Positions 9,905 to 20,314 of a stretch of DNA of 64,000 nucleotides are shown piece after piece. The stretch's first letter is position 1; each line of letters begins with the position of its first letter. The notes beneath the pieces are model-generated. The model saw only the letters and a program-made list of their open reading frames with translations, had not been told where the DNA came from and searched no databases. The stretch is taken from assembly GCA_036679065.1 (NCBI GenBank), contig JAZIGN010000003.1, positions 192,001 through 256,000 of the forward strand. The letters run 5' to 3'. The DNA is from Coprothermobacterota bacterium. GTDB taxonomy: Bacteria; Coprothermobacterota; Coprothermobacteria; Coprothermobacterales; Coprothermobacteraceae. The translations under genes were made by a program, and so were the position numbers.

Positions 9905-10555
9905 TCAAATTTTCTTGTGGCAGAGCCACCAATCGTAACAGTTAGGCTGATTCATACGCTCCTCTGCACCTTTAATGTCTGGCGGTAGAGGGATGATAAC
10001 TTCATCACCCATGAGTTCGTTGTTAGGCCAGTTAGCTGGAATGGCCACGTGATTGGCATCAGCCGTCTGGAAAGCTTTGATCATCCTGATGATTTCATCG
10101 ATGTTTCTACCAATTTCTTGCGGGTAATAAAGAATGGCTCTGATAATGCCCTTGGGGTCCACGATGTAAACAGCTCTGACTGTGTTCGTGCCTTTAGCAG
10201 GGTGTATAAGCCCAATAGCCTTCGCTACGCGACCTAATTCATCCGCAATAATGGGGAATTGAATTTCTACGCCAAGATTGTCTTTTATCCACTGAACCCA
10301 TTTAATGTGTGATGGTACCTGGTCCACTGATAGCCCGATGAGCTCTGTGTTTAAAGCCTTGAACTCATCGAATCTCTTCTGAAATGCTACGAATTCTGTA
10401 GTACAGACTGGAGTGAAATCTCCCGGGTGACTGAAGAATACTACCCATTTTCCGTTGAAATCGTCGGGTAGTTTCATGGAACCAAATGTGGTTTTTACTT
10501 CCAACTCAGGGAACTTATCACCGATTAACGGCATTCGCGTTTGTTCCTCAAACAT
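9905..10555 (-). CDS. Peroxiredoxin (Prx6/archaeal-type)
   Basis: [12 protein letters not shown] active site; C-terminal CYDWWLC. Confidence 0.95.
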   Translation of the reverse strand: MFEEQTRMPLIGDKFPELEVKTTFGSMKLPDDFNGKWVVFFSHPGDFTPVCTTEFVAFQKRFDEFKALNTELIGLSVDQVPSHIKWVQWIKDNLGVEIQFPIIADELGRVAKAIGLIHPAKGTNTVRAVYIVDPKGIIRAILYYPQEIGRNIDEIIRMIKAFQTADANHVAIPANWPNNELMGDEVIIPLPPDIKGAEERMNQPNCYDWWLCHKKI

Positions 10556-10680
10556 GTACTATCACTCCTTTCCTGATGCTACTAGTTCTAGTATACCCAA
10601 TTTTTGACTTATTCAAAACATGAAACACCAAAATGATACTTATTCTCAAAAAGCAGCTGCTTCGAATGCGGATTAAAAAG

Positions 10681-10745
10681 AAAAGAGCCTCCGACGGGGG
10701 GAATCGGAGGCCGGGAGTTAAGTAACTATGAGATGGGGAAGGGGG
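10681..10745 (-). repeat. Copy 2 of the C-rich tract plus terminator element (downstream of cysK)
   Basis: Shares GCCTCCGA..TCGGAGGC, AGTTAAGT and GATGGGGAAGGGGG with 9841-9902. Confidence 0.8.
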
Positions 10746-10869
10746 CTGTGGTCGGGATGGAGCGGGAGGTGCATTGCCCATACCTACCACAAAGGTTATA
10801 TTTCAACCTTCCACTGCTTTTATTATACCCTTATTCCCATACTTAAAACACATCTTCCTAAACAATCAT

Positions 10870-11739
10870 TTAATAAGCAATGGTGCTCAGGTACTTTAAG
10901 CCGTCGTCAGGGAATACTGTTACCACATGTGCTAAATTGTATTTTTCTTTTATTCTTAAAGCGGCTATAAAGTTTGCCCCGGAGGATATGCCTACTGAAT
11001 ATCCCTTGGCGCTGAGCATTTTTACACCTTCCAGTGCTTCGTCTCCTGTCACGGTAATAATCTCATCCACTAGATCTTTATCAAATATGGTGGGTATGAA
11101 GCCTGCTCCTATGCCCTGTATGATGTGGCTTCCAGCTTTTCCCCCGGAAAGCACAGGGGACTCTGCAGGCTCCACAGCAATGATTTTTACTCTATTCCCC
11201 AAAGCTCTTCGCAGCGCTCTGCCTACACCTGATATGGTTCCGCCACTACCTACGCCTGCAACGAAAGCCTCCACTTCCCAACTTGTTTGTTTAAGTATTT
11301 CAGGGCCGGTGGTGAGTTCATGAGCCAATACGTTGAAAGGGTTATTGAACTGGTCGGGAATGTAAGCGTGGTGCTGCTCCTGAAGCTGTTTGGCTTTTTC
11401 TATGGCTCCTGGAATGCCCTTTTCAGCGGGAGTGAGGATAACTTCAGCTCCGTAACTTTGGGCTAGTTTTACCCGCTCAGGGGTAACAGAAGCTGGCATG
11501 GTGAGTATGACTTTTATGCCAACCTGTGAACCCAAGGCAGCTAGCGAGATCCCTGTATTGCCTGAAGTTGGTTCTACCAGGGTACCTCCTGGTTGTATCA
11601 AGTTTTCTTTGAGAGCATGCATGAGCATGAAATAAGCTGGCCGGTCTTTTATACTGCCTGTGGGGTTAAAGCGTTCCAGCTTTGCGTATATACCATATGG
11701 CTCAATACATACCAAAGGAGTTTCCACAATGCCTATCAT
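10870..11739 (-). CDS. cysK: Cysteine synthase
   Basis: NPTGSIKDR PLP lysine, EPTSGNTG, GVGSGGT, QGIGAGF. Confidence 0.95.
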   Translation of the reverse strand: MIGIVETPLVCIEPYGIYAKLERFNPTGSIKDRPAYFMLMHALKENLIQPGGTLVEPTSGNTGISLAALGSQVGIKVILTMPASVTPERVKLAQSYGAEVILTPAEKGIPGAIEKAKQLQEQHHAYIPDQFNNPFNVLAHELTTGPEILKQTSWEVEAFVAGVGSGGTISGVGRALRRALGNRVKIIAVEPAESPVLSGGKAGSHIIQGIGAGFIPTIFDKDLVDEIITVTGDEALEGVKMLSAKGYSVGISSGANFIAALRIKEKYNLAHVVTVFPDDGLKYLSTIAY

Positions 11740-12305
11740 GCTACTACCTCCTTTACGCAGTCCTGCTTAACTACTTTAGCAGGTACACCTACCACAGTAC
11801 TGTAAGGGGGCACATCTTCCACTACAACGCTTCCTGCACCGATGCGTGCGCCATCTCCCACATTGATGGCACCAAGCAATGTGGCTCCAGCGCCAATAAA
11901 AACATTCTTCCCCACCTGTGGATGCCTTTTGCCTGTGGTGATATTCTTGGCTCCCAAAGTTACACCATGGTATATCACCGTGCCCGAACCAACCTTTGCT
12001 GTGCTTCCAATAACAACCCCCATACCGTGATCAACTACTACGCCTGGTTCAATTTCTGCTGCGGGGTGAATGTCCACAGCATAGAGCACGCGGCTTATGA
12101 AGTGAATAAACGCTGATACATTCCTAAAACCTGCTACGTAGAAAGCGTGAGCATACCTGTAAAGACGTAAACTTCTATAGCCTGCATGGAATCTAATATC
12201 TGCGGGGGTTTCAATGGAAGGGTCGCTCTTTAGAAGAGCTTGACGATCTTCCTTAAGAGCGTTTCTCGCCTTTTTAAGTTCTGTTCCCAATATGTACAAC
12301 CGCAT
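11736..12305 (-). CDS. cysE: Serine O-acetyltransferase
   Basis: DIHPAA, DHGMGVVIG, GKRHP hexapeptide repeats; operonic with cysK. Confidence 0.93.
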   Translation of the reverse strand: MRLYILGTELKKARNALKEDRQALLKSDPSIETPADIRFHAGYRSLRLYRYAHAFYVAGFRNVSAFIHFISRVLYAVDIHPAAEIEPGVVVDHGMGVVIGSTAKVGSGTVIYHGVTLGAKNITTGKRHPQVGKNVFIGAGATLLGAINVGDGARIGAGSVVVEDVPPYSTVVGVPAKVVKQDCVKEVVA

Positions 12306-12455
12306 CCCATTTTACGTCGCCTCCTAATGCTTTATGCTAGCGCACTAAGTCGCTCTGGTTTTGTTACGTAATAGTGTATACCCAAGACAGACCACCTGTA
12401 TGAAAAACCAATGCTAAATGAACAAAAAAGTGCACAATGTTTTTCTTAACATTTC

Positions 12456-12492
12456 AAAAAAGCGTGCAGCCTACCATTTAGGTAGGCTGCAC
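12456..12492 (-). terminator. Terminator of aldo/keto reductase gene
   Basis: 12-bp stem GTGCAGCCTACC/GGTAGGCTGCAC with adjacent A6 (U-tail on minus). Confidence 0.75.
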
Positions 12493-12522
12493 TAGGTAAG
12501 TGTGAGGATGGTCTTTGTTTCT

Positions 12523-13344
12523 CTATTCCACTGTGTCCTTGAGGCTGTTAAGGTACTCCATATCCTCAGGTGAGATTTCAAAATCCACATCAGCATTTTC
12601 TTTTATGCGGCTTGGGGTAGTAGATTTAGGCAGCGGAAGAGCGTTTCTCTGGATGACATACCTGATGCAAATCTGCGCCACTGTTTTGTTGTATTTGTCA
12701 GCAATCTTCTTTATGGCGTCGTTTTCAATGAGCCTGCCTGTGGCTAAAGGTGAGTATGCCTCAACCAGAACGTCGTTTTGCTGGCAGAACTGGGTAATTT
12801 CTTCTTGCGTGTTTCCTATGAAAAACCTTATTTGGTTTACCATGGGTTTTACGCTGCAGTTGTCCATGAGCACTTGAAGATATTCCACATCAAAGTTGGA
12901 GACACCTATAGCACGTATGCGTCCACTCTTGTACAGTTCTTCCATGGCGTGCCACACTTCTATGTTTTCTTTTTTGTAGTCTTTACCTTTTTCGTTCCAA
13001 GGCCATGGCCAGTGAATTAGGTACAAATCTAAATAATCCATGTTCAGGTTTCTAAGGGTCCTTTCAAAATAATCCAAAGTTCCATCATAGGTCTTTACAT
13101 CAGCAGGTAGCTTGGAAGTAACAAAAATCTGGTCCCGCGGGATACCAGATTCTCTTATGGCCTTTCCTACGCTTTCTTCATTACCATAGACATAAGCTGT
13201 ATCCACGTGCCTGTAGCCAACTTCTAAAGCGTATGAAACTGAGTTGTAAGCCACTTCTCCATTAGGTATTTGCCACGTCCCGAAACCGATTTTTGGGATT
13301 TTTACCCCATTATGTAGCACATACGTTTCTGTGAGTACACTCAT
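12523..13344 (-). CDS. Aldo/keto reductase (2,5-DKG reductase-like)
   Basis: GFGTWQ, DTAYVY, YLIHWP, IGVSNF, PKS motifs. Confidence 0.93.
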   Translation of the reverse strand: MSVLTETYVLHNGVKIPKIGFGTWQIPNGEVAYNSVSYALEVGYRHVDTAYVYGNEESVGKAIRESGIPRDQIFVTSKLPADVKTYDGTLDYFERTLRNLNMDYLDLYLIHWPWPWNEKGKDYKKENIEVWHAMEELYKSGRIRAIGVSNFDVEYLQVLMDNCSVKPMVNQIRFFIGNTQEEITQFCQQNDVLVEAYSPLATGRLIENDAIKKIADKYNKTVAQICIRYVIQRNALPLPKSTTPSRIKENADVDFEISPEDMEYLNSLKDTVE

Positions 13345-13437
13345 AATGTCAACCTCCCTACAAACTTTAGCTACTCTAATAGTAACACTTAAAAATATTC
13401 TTTGAACAAAGACAAAGAAACTTTTTGTTTTTCATAA

Positions 13438-13497
13438 AAAGAAGGCTGTAGACTTCATCTTTTTTGCATTGGACGAGCTTAGTCCACAGCCTTCTTT
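13438..13497 (-). terminator. Hairpin after DUF1028 gene
   Basis: AAAGAAGGCTGTAGACT / AGTCCACAGCCTTCTTT imperfect inverted repeat. Confidence 0.55.
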
Positions 13498-13553
13498 AGT
13501 GGCTCACTTGAAGGGACAACCACTTACTTAATCACTGCGGCCGTATGAGAAAT

Positions 13554-14444
13554 CTATGCTTTCCCCTTGTTAAGCAAGAACTCTATGACTCTTTTGTCAA
13601 CGAAGTCGCCTTCGCACAAACGTTCCTCAAAGTTTTCAAATTCGCAGAAGTTCTTATATGCGTTCTTTGTCTTTTCATCAAAAGCGCCGCTAACAGGGCC
13701 ATTGTAATAACCCAGGTTCCTCAGAGCTTCCTGCATCCTCGAAACTATTTCTGGCGTCACCTTCACTTTCTCTTCCTCGGTAGTCTTGCTGAAATACATG
13801 TTATAGAGATCAAGTAGCCTGATGAGTTCCTTGATCGGCTCAGGATGATCATCCACCCTAAGATCTATGTATCGATCGTTGTAACCTCCGTAACTGCCTC
13901 TTTCTTTGACCACAAGGAGTGCCGCTGATTGTCGACCCCTCCTGTCTCCCCCAGCATCCTGAGCAGCGTCCAATGCAGTTACCAGTCTTTTTGCCAAGGG
14001 CCCTTCTGTACTCAAAAACGTTTCCTTAAGAGCATTCACAGTGGCCTCACTCACCAGAATGTTACCTTGGCATGCAAAATCCTGTCCAGCTATGCCCCCT
14101 GCCCAATTAAAGCAGCTCTTTCCGGTGTATGTTACCGAATTTCCCTTAGCATCTACTATGCCCACTTGACGATCTTCTCGCCCATCGTTCAAAGCCAGCA
14201 GCGCATCCAACACAGCTTGCGGTGAATACCCTTTCTTTAGCAGTTTCAAACCCAGTTCCCCGTAATCCAGGTTGGCTGCAGCCTGAGTTGCTATGGCTCC
14301 CACACCAGCTTTCGCCCAGGGGACTACGGATCCCACTGCCAAGAATTTTGACTGTACAGCAATACCCAGTTCTCCAGTTTTTGGATCCCTGGCCACAATG
14401 GAAAATGTGGAGATGTTCCTCATCTGACTTACAACACTCTTCAT
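13554..14444 (-). CDS. DUF1028 (Ntn-hydrolase-like) protein with C-terminal peptidoglycan-binding-like domain
   Basis: TFSIVARD, GGDRRGRQSAAL, DLRVDDH; C-terminal LRNLGYYNGPVSG. Confidence 0.85.
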   Translation of the reverse strand: MKSVVSQMRNISTFSIVARDPKTGELGIAVQSKFLAVGSVVPWAKAGVGAIATQAAANLDYGELGLKLLKKGYSPQAVLDALLALNDGREDRQVGIVDAKGNSVTYTGKSCFNWAGGIAGQDFACQGNILVSEATVNALKETFLSTEGPLAKRLVTALDAAQDAGGDRRGRQSAALLVVKERGSYGGYNDRYIDLRVDDHPEPIKELIRLLDLYNMYFSKTTEEEKVKVTPEIVSRMQEALRNLGYYNGPVSGAFDEKTKNAYKNFCEFENFEERLCEGDFVDKRVIEFLLNKGKA

Positions 14445-14462
14445 AAATCTCTAGCCTTCTTT

Positions 14463-16348
14463 CTATTTACCAGCATTTCCTTTTTTCAAGGAATTGCTGT
14501 AAAGTGTGTAGATTATGCCTGCCATTAAAATGAGGGCGACAATACTACCAGCTGCTCCCAAACATCCCTCTGCGAACTTGAGTGCTTCAGCCACTCCCGC
14601 AGTGGTCAAGAACGCTGCTATGACACCAACTAAAGCGTCACCAGCCACCAGTCCTGAGGCATAAAGGGTTCCACTTTCAATGTCAGCGGCCTTGTGTTTT
14701 TCCATGAACCCCCGTACCATGCCACCCAAGAAGATGGGGACAGTTAGGTGCACAGGCAGATACAACCCGATTGCAAAAGGCAAGGATGGAATGCCCATCA
14801 GTTCCACGATGATTCCTAAACCGACCCCGGTTATTAATAAAGCCCATGGCAAGTTGCCTTCAAAAATGCCTTTTACCAAAGTAGCAATAACAGATGTGGC
14901 AGGAGCGGGTAGTGCACTACTTCCAATGGTGTAGGCGTTGTTCAGTAGCTGAACCACATAACCTGCTATGCCAGCAAAGATTAGAACTCCTAGAAGTTCT
15001 GTGATCTGCTGACTTATGGGTGTGGCTCCTACTATGTAACCAGTCTTCAAATCCTGAGACATGTCTCCAGCCACAGCAGCAGCAACAGTGACCACAGATC
15101 CTACTATGACTGAAGCTATCATTCCTTCAGCACCTGTTTTACCCAAGGCCTTCATTAGTATGGCACTAAAGAAAATCGTTGCGATGGTCATACCCGAGAC
15201 AGGGTTAGCTGAACTTCCCACAATGCCAACGATTCTGGAAGAGATGGCAACAAAGAGAAAACCAAAAACTGCGATTAACGCTGCTCCTAGTACGCCAACT
15301 GGGATGTAAGGAAGTATGGCCATTAGTACTACGACAGCTATGAAAATAACTATGAGGTACGCGAAAGGTATGTCCCTCTCAGTTCTTTTCATGTCAGAGT
15401 TTTTGCGCTTTGAGTTGATACTTGCAAAAGCACCTATAAAAGCGCCTCTGAGCGCGGGTAGGGCTTTGAAGAATTCAACTAAACCCCCTACTGTTAACGC
15501 TCCGGCACCAATGTACTGGATGTAGTCAGTCCAAACGCCCCAAGCACCTAATTCCCCCACCGGTGTCGCAGATGGGAATATGGCAGTCGCTAAGGGTCCA
15601 CCAAAGAATCCAATGAGAGGAATTATTACAATCCAAGCCAGAAGTCCGCCGCCCAACATGACCGATGAAATTCTTGGCCCTATGAGGTACCCTACTCCAC
15701 CCAGTGACGGCAAAACGTTCATGCCTATGGTTCCAAAAGGTAAGCCCGGGATCGCAGTTTCAATGGCTTCGGGGAATAAGCCAAAAATCGATTGTACCGT
15801 TCTGAATAGAAAACCAATTATGCCGCCTTTAAAAACTGTAGTGGCTGAGACTCCACCTTTGTCTCCAGCAATGAGGATCTCTGCGCAAGCTGTACCTTCA
15901 GGATAGGGAAGAATACCGTGCTGTTCCACAATCAAGTACTTTCTGTAGATGACCATAGCAACTACGCCGATGATTCCTCCGAAAAGGCTTACCAAAGAGA
16001 TCAGCATCAAAGAAGGAGAATGCCCAAGCATGTACAAAGCAGGCAAACTAAAAACGACTCCAGCTGCGACTGCCTCACCGGTGGAAGTGATGGTCTGTAC
16101 AATGTTATTTTCGAGAATGGTTCCGCGTTTGAACAGCCCTCTGAGAACAGCCATGGAAACCACCGCAGCGGGAATGGATGCGCTGACAGTCATGCCAACC
16201 TTGAGGCCAAGTAAGCGTTTGCAGCGCCAAAGATAATGAGAAGGATAATACCAGTGACCACCGATAATACGGTTACTTCTGGCATCCTTGCGTCAGGGCT
16301 GACGTAGGGCTTAAAATCCGCTTTGTGTTCCGTGGGTTCCTTTGTCAT
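14463..16348 (-). pseudogene. OPT family oligopeptide transporter with a 1-nt-deletion frameshift near 16210
   Basis: N-terminus MTKEP..FGAANAYL (ATG 16348) and GLKVGMTVSASIP lie in different frames; LPYPEGTACA, SQDLKTG motifs. Confidence 0.85.
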
Positions 16349-16707
16349 AGTGGCACCCCCATCCAAAAAATTCCAGTCTGGGAAACACTGGTAATGCTCA
16401 CAATATATCATAAACAAAAATATATTGTCAACATAAAGGAACTGTTCATCAAACATTAAGCGTAGATATGCGGAATACTATGCAGAGTAGAGCTTATACA
16501 GGCTCTTGTATTGTCTGGACATGGAACAAACTGGGCGACTAACTCTGCCTTTGATAAACCAAGATGTCAGTTGCATAGTCAAAAGTGCAAACAGGATTTC
16601 ATACTGCTTATGGACAGCTTATCAGATTGCCCTAAGTACTAATGTTTTGCCGAAAACCAGTAAGAGAGCTCTTTCTCTGGTGTGGTGGCTGTGGCTTTGC
16701 AGCATAG

Positions 16708-16995
16708 CGTAGGCAAGGGAGTTGTTACCCGGGCTTTGACACAATTGGCAAAACCAGCTATCAACCAGATGAGCTCAGAGCACGGAACATCGCAGCACTT
16801 ATGAACCAGGGGTTTGGAAACCGCATCCTTCTTTCACTGGATATCACGCGAAAGTCACACTTGAAGCGATACGGCGGTTATGGTCACGTGTACCTTATTG
16901 AAACGTTCCTGCCAATGCTCTATGATCAGGGTCTGACTTCACAAGATGTTGAGCGCTTGCTCGTTGACAACCCAAGGAGTTTGTTCTTGCATTAG
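16708..16995 (+). pseudogene. C-terminal remnant of a phosphotriesterase-family amidohydrolase
   Basis: GFDTIGK..ILLSLDITRKSHL..YGGYG..LVDNP preceded by an in-frame stop; N-terminal part not recognisable. Confidence 0.75.
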
Positions 16996-17044
16996 CGCGC
17001 AACTTACAACTGCCGTCAACGATTTCTACGTGGTTATTACTCAT

Positions 17045-17087
17045 TGACGCAGGCTTGAACAAAAGAACTGTGTTCAAGCCTGCGTCA
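17045..17087. terminator. Long hairpin between convergent genes
   Basis: Perfect 17-bp inverted repeat TGACGCAGGCTTGAACA. Confidence 0.7.
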
Positions 17088-17121
17088 GTATTCTTCTACA
17101 TAAGGCCTTTAGAAACTCTCC

Positions 17122-17739
17122 CTATTTCCGTGTCAGTAAGTACCAACGTTTCAAACTATCGTAAGGCACTGCACCAGTGAGCATGCGGGCGTTTGCTACT
17201 AGGGTGGGCGTTGCTTCCACGCCCAGCTCCAAGGCTCGATCCACGTCCCGGTGCAAAGCAAGCTTAACTTCTTCGCTGAAAAGGTCAGCCTTAAACCTAT
17301 CTACGTCCAAGCCAATCTCTCTGGCAATGTCAACTAGTACGTCAAAGTCGGCAACATTTCTGCACAGGGTCAGATGTGCCTCCTGAGCTTTGTCAAAGTA
17401 GGCCCAGTGCATTTCTTGGCCACCTTGCAGCTCGGCCGCTTTGCATGCCAATAGCCCCGGAGTGGAGTAGGGGTAATCGAAGTCTCTCTGCTTCATAATG
17501 TCGGCGTTTATGCGGTGTTCATCGTCGTTCATGTTGGCAGCTTCCCAGTGCTTAAGTATGTCTTTTTTGCCTTTTTCTTTGCTACCAAACATGTGAACAA
17601 TGTCCTCTGGCTGGGGAGCCAGAGGGAAGCTGCGGTGTATCACTTGAATGTCTGGAAACTCCTCAGTTAAGCGCCTTAACCGTGGGGAGAGGGCATAGCA
17701 CCAGGCACAAAGTACATCGTGGAAGAACTCTATTTCCAT
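17122..17739 (-). CDS. DsbA/FrnE-like thiol oxidoreductase
   Basis: DVLCAWCY CxxC motif, GVEATPT cis-Pro motif. Confidence 0.88.
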   Translation of the reverse strand: MEIEFFHDVLCAWCYALSPRLRRLTEEFPDIQVIHRSFPLAPQPEDIVHMFGSKEKGKKDILKHWEAANMNDDEHRINADIMKQRDFDYPYSTPGLLACKAAELQGGQEMHWAYFDKAQEAHLTLCRNVADFDVLVDIAREIGLDVDRFKADLFSEEVKLALHRDVDRALELGVEATPTLVANARMLTGAVPYDSLKRWYLLTRK

Positions 17740-17845
17740 TCAGCTTATGCCTCCTTTAAAAGACTTAGTAACGTCATACTTTACCGACTTTTAAGTAAGT
17801 TTATACCAAGCTAACTGCCTGATGCTACTGCCTTCTCACGTCATC

Positions 17846-18673
17846 TTATCTTCTTAGTACCAGGGAGGTGCTGAAATCTTCAACAACTCGTTCAAGTTCT
17901 GGTGTTGGTAGTTGCCCAGGGTTTTTATTGTCAGATGCTTTTTGCAAAGTTTCCATGAGCACATCTCCAATGAGTATGCCGTCAATGTTGTGAGCGTTCT
18001 TGGTAAGCTGCTTTGCAAGTGCGGGGTCTCTCAGCTCAATGCCCAGGCAAACAGGCAAGTCTGTGATTTGCTTGACCTGCTTTGTAAAAGTATTAAGCTG
18101 GTCAACGAACGCTCCTTGGTTTTCTGACGGCGCCATCAGCAAGTAGACAAATCCTCCACCACTTCTCACAATAGCCTTTATCCTTTCCGTTGGCGCAGGA
18201 ACCACTATGGGTATGAGTGGCACGCCTACGGTATCTAGTTTCAATTTCAATGTGCCGTTTTCCTCAAGTGGCAAATCGGGAACCACAACTGCGTCTATGT
18301 CGGCTTCTTTGCACCCCTGCACGAACCTGTCTTCACCATAACCGAATATGGTGGTGTAATAGGCTCTGAGCAGGAGGGGCAGGGTAGTGCTCATCCTGAG
18401 TTCTTTCAGGGCTTGAAAGAACTTCTCCACGGTGAAACCGCTCTCTATGGCGCTTTTGGAAAGCACTTGAACTATGGGGGCGTCTCCTACCGGGTCTAAG
18501 AAAGGGATGCCCACTTGCACCATGTCAGCGCCGCCGTTCTCCAGAGCTTGGACAATATCACTGAGGCTCTGCAAATCCGGGTAACCTGCAGTGATGTAGG
18601 CAATGAGCGCTTTTTTCTCTTCACGTTTCATTTCCTCGAAAGTTCTTTGTAACCTGGTATTTTTGTTTTCCAT
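17846..18673 (-). CDS. trpA: Tryptophan synthase alpha subunit with degenerate active site
   Basis: YITAGYP, GIPFLDP, VPDLPLEE; follows trpB; start MENKN with SD AGGAGG. Confidence 0.9.
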   Translation of the reverse strand: MENKNTRLQRTFEEMKREEKKALIAYITAGYPDLQSLSDIVQALENGGADMVQVGIPFLDPVGDAPIVQVLSKSAIESGFTVEKFFQALKELRMSTTLPLLLRAYYTTIFGYGEDRFVQGCKEADIDAVVVPDLPLEENGTLKLKLDTVGVPLIPIVVPAPTERIKAIVRSGGGFVYLLMAPSENQGAFVDQLNTFTKQVKQITDLPVCLGIELRDPALAKQLTKNAHNIDGILIGDVLMETLQKASDNKNPGQLPTPELERVVEDFSTSLVLRR

Positions 18674-18698
18674 GGCATGATCCTCCTTTGTTCTCCAC

Positions 18699-19889
18699 CT
18701 AAATTTCCTCAATGCCTTTCATTCTTGCCACTTGCTGAACGTCTTTGTCTCCTCTGCCTGACAGGTTCACCACGATGATTTTGTCTTTGCTAAGCTTTGG
18801 TGCCAGTTTTACAGCATAAGCCAGAGCATGAGAACTTTCCAAGGCGGGGATGATGCCTTCTACACGGGATAGGAGTTCAAAGGCTGTCAATGCTTCTTCG
18901 TCCGTGGCACTTTCGTATTTGGCTCTGCCTATGTCTTTTAGGTAGCTGTGTTCAGGCCCCACGCCTGGGTAATCAAGACCGGCAGCCACGGAGTAAGGTT
19001 CTGTGATTTCACCATCTGGGCTCTGCAAAAGGTATGTCTTCATGCCGTGAATGATACCCACAGTACCTCTGTTGAATGTGGCAGCGTGCAAATCTGTGTC
19101 CAAGCCCTTGCCTGCTGCTTCCACACCGATGAGCTGAACTTGAGTATCTTGCACAAATGGATAGAATATGCCAATGGCATTGCTGCCTCCACCTACACAA
19201 GCAAGGACATAATCTGGGAGGCGCCCCTCTTTCTGAAGTATTTGCTCCCGAGCTTCTTCCCCGATGATTTTTTGGAACTCCCTAACCATGAGCGGGTAAG
19301 GGTGTGGTCCCACCGCTGATCCGATGAGGTAAAATGTGTTGTCAATGTGCTCAACCCAGTCTTTTATTGCCTCGTTCACAGCGTCTTTGAGTGTGGAGCT
19401 CCCCGAAGTCACGCTTCTCACCTTGGCTCCTAAAAGTTCCATGCGAAAAACGTTCAAACGCTGCCTCTGCACGTCTTCCGCTCCCATGAAAATTTCACAT
19501 TCCATACCGAACAGTGCTGCCACTGTGGCCGTAGCAACACCGTGCTGCCCGGCACCGGTCTCTGCGATGATGCGCTTCTTTCCCATGCGTTTTGCCAGTA
19601 GGGCTTGCCCCAGTGTGTTGTTGATTTTGTGCGCACCAGTGTGGTTCAGGTCTTCTCGCTTCAAGTAAATCTTTGCTCCACCCAGCTGTTTTGTCAGGTT
19701 CTCAGCGTAGTAAAGTGGGGTAGGTCGTCCATCGTAGTCATGTAGGTAATAGCGGTATTCTTCTATGAACTGCTGATCATTTCTCGCCTTGTTGAACTCT
19801 TTTTCCAGTTCAATGAGTGCCTGCATAACTGCCTCTGGCACGTATTGGCCTCCAAACTCACCGAATTTTGCCTTTTCATTGGATATCAT
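18699..19889 (-). CDS. trpB: Tryptophan synthase beta subunit (TrpB1)
   Basis: [46 protein letters not shown]. Confidence 0.98.
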   Translation of the reverse strand: MISNEKAKFGEFGGQYVPEAVMQALIELEKEFNKARNDQQFIEEYRYYLHDYDGRPTPLYYAENLTKQLGGAKIYLKREDLNHTGAHKINNTLGQALLAKRMGKKRIIAETGAGQHGVATATVAALFGMECEIFMGAEDVQRQRLNVFRMELLGAKVRSVTSGSSTLKDAVNEAIKDWVEHIDNTFYLIGSAVGPHPYPLMVREFQKIIGEEAREQILQKEGRLPDYVLACVGGGSNAIGIFYPFVQDTQVQLIGVEAAGKGLDTDLHAATFNRGTVGIIHGMKTYLLQSPDGEITEPYSVAAGLDYPGVGPEHSYLKDIGRAKYESATDEEALTAFELLSRVEGIIPALESSHALAYAVKLAPKLSKDKIIVVNLSGRGDKDVQQVARMKGIEEI

Positions 19890-20170
19890 GAGTAAAAGAC
19901 CTCCCTCTTATTAAAAGAATTAAGCCTAATTGGCTATGTGGTGTTCCACCGTGTGCATTTGTCATGTACAGAGACAACTTCATGTTAGTGGAACAGAAAG
20001 TTTTTGAAAAGCCGCTGTTATGGGCCAAAGAACTAGCTCGTATGGGTAGTTTGTTGAAAAGGGCAGCGCTGAAGCATTTACCTATTCTTGAGAATGCGAA
20101 GGTTTCTAAGTACGTTTCAAACTTTTTATGAAAAGAGAAAATGCTTTGCTTTTCTAATGGGAAAAAAGTA

Positions 20171-20314
20171 TTATGCGCTGCGCCAGCGCCAAAGGAGGTG
20201 AGAAGGGGTTTGCCACTTTAGAGTGGCCTCGGAGGAAACAATGAGCCTCTGTGTGTTAAAAACATTTCTCGCTGCTGAACACTTTTCTCCGCTTGCGATT
20301 ACTTCGAACTGCAT
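20171..20314 (-). CDS. Putative trp leader peptide, 47 aa (MQFEV...LKWQTPSHLLWRWRSA)
   Basis: SD AGGAGGTGA upstream of ATG 20314; three Trp codons in the last 14 codons; directly upstream of trpB. Confidence 0.75.
   Translation of the reverse strand: MQFEVIASGEKCSAARNVFNTQRLIVSSEATLKWQTPSHLLWRWRSA

Noticed and set aside
10548..10790. Proline-rich 80-aa ORF upstream of peroxiredoxin
   Set aside because: Weak SD, crosses a terminator, and the prolines come from the C-rich repeat
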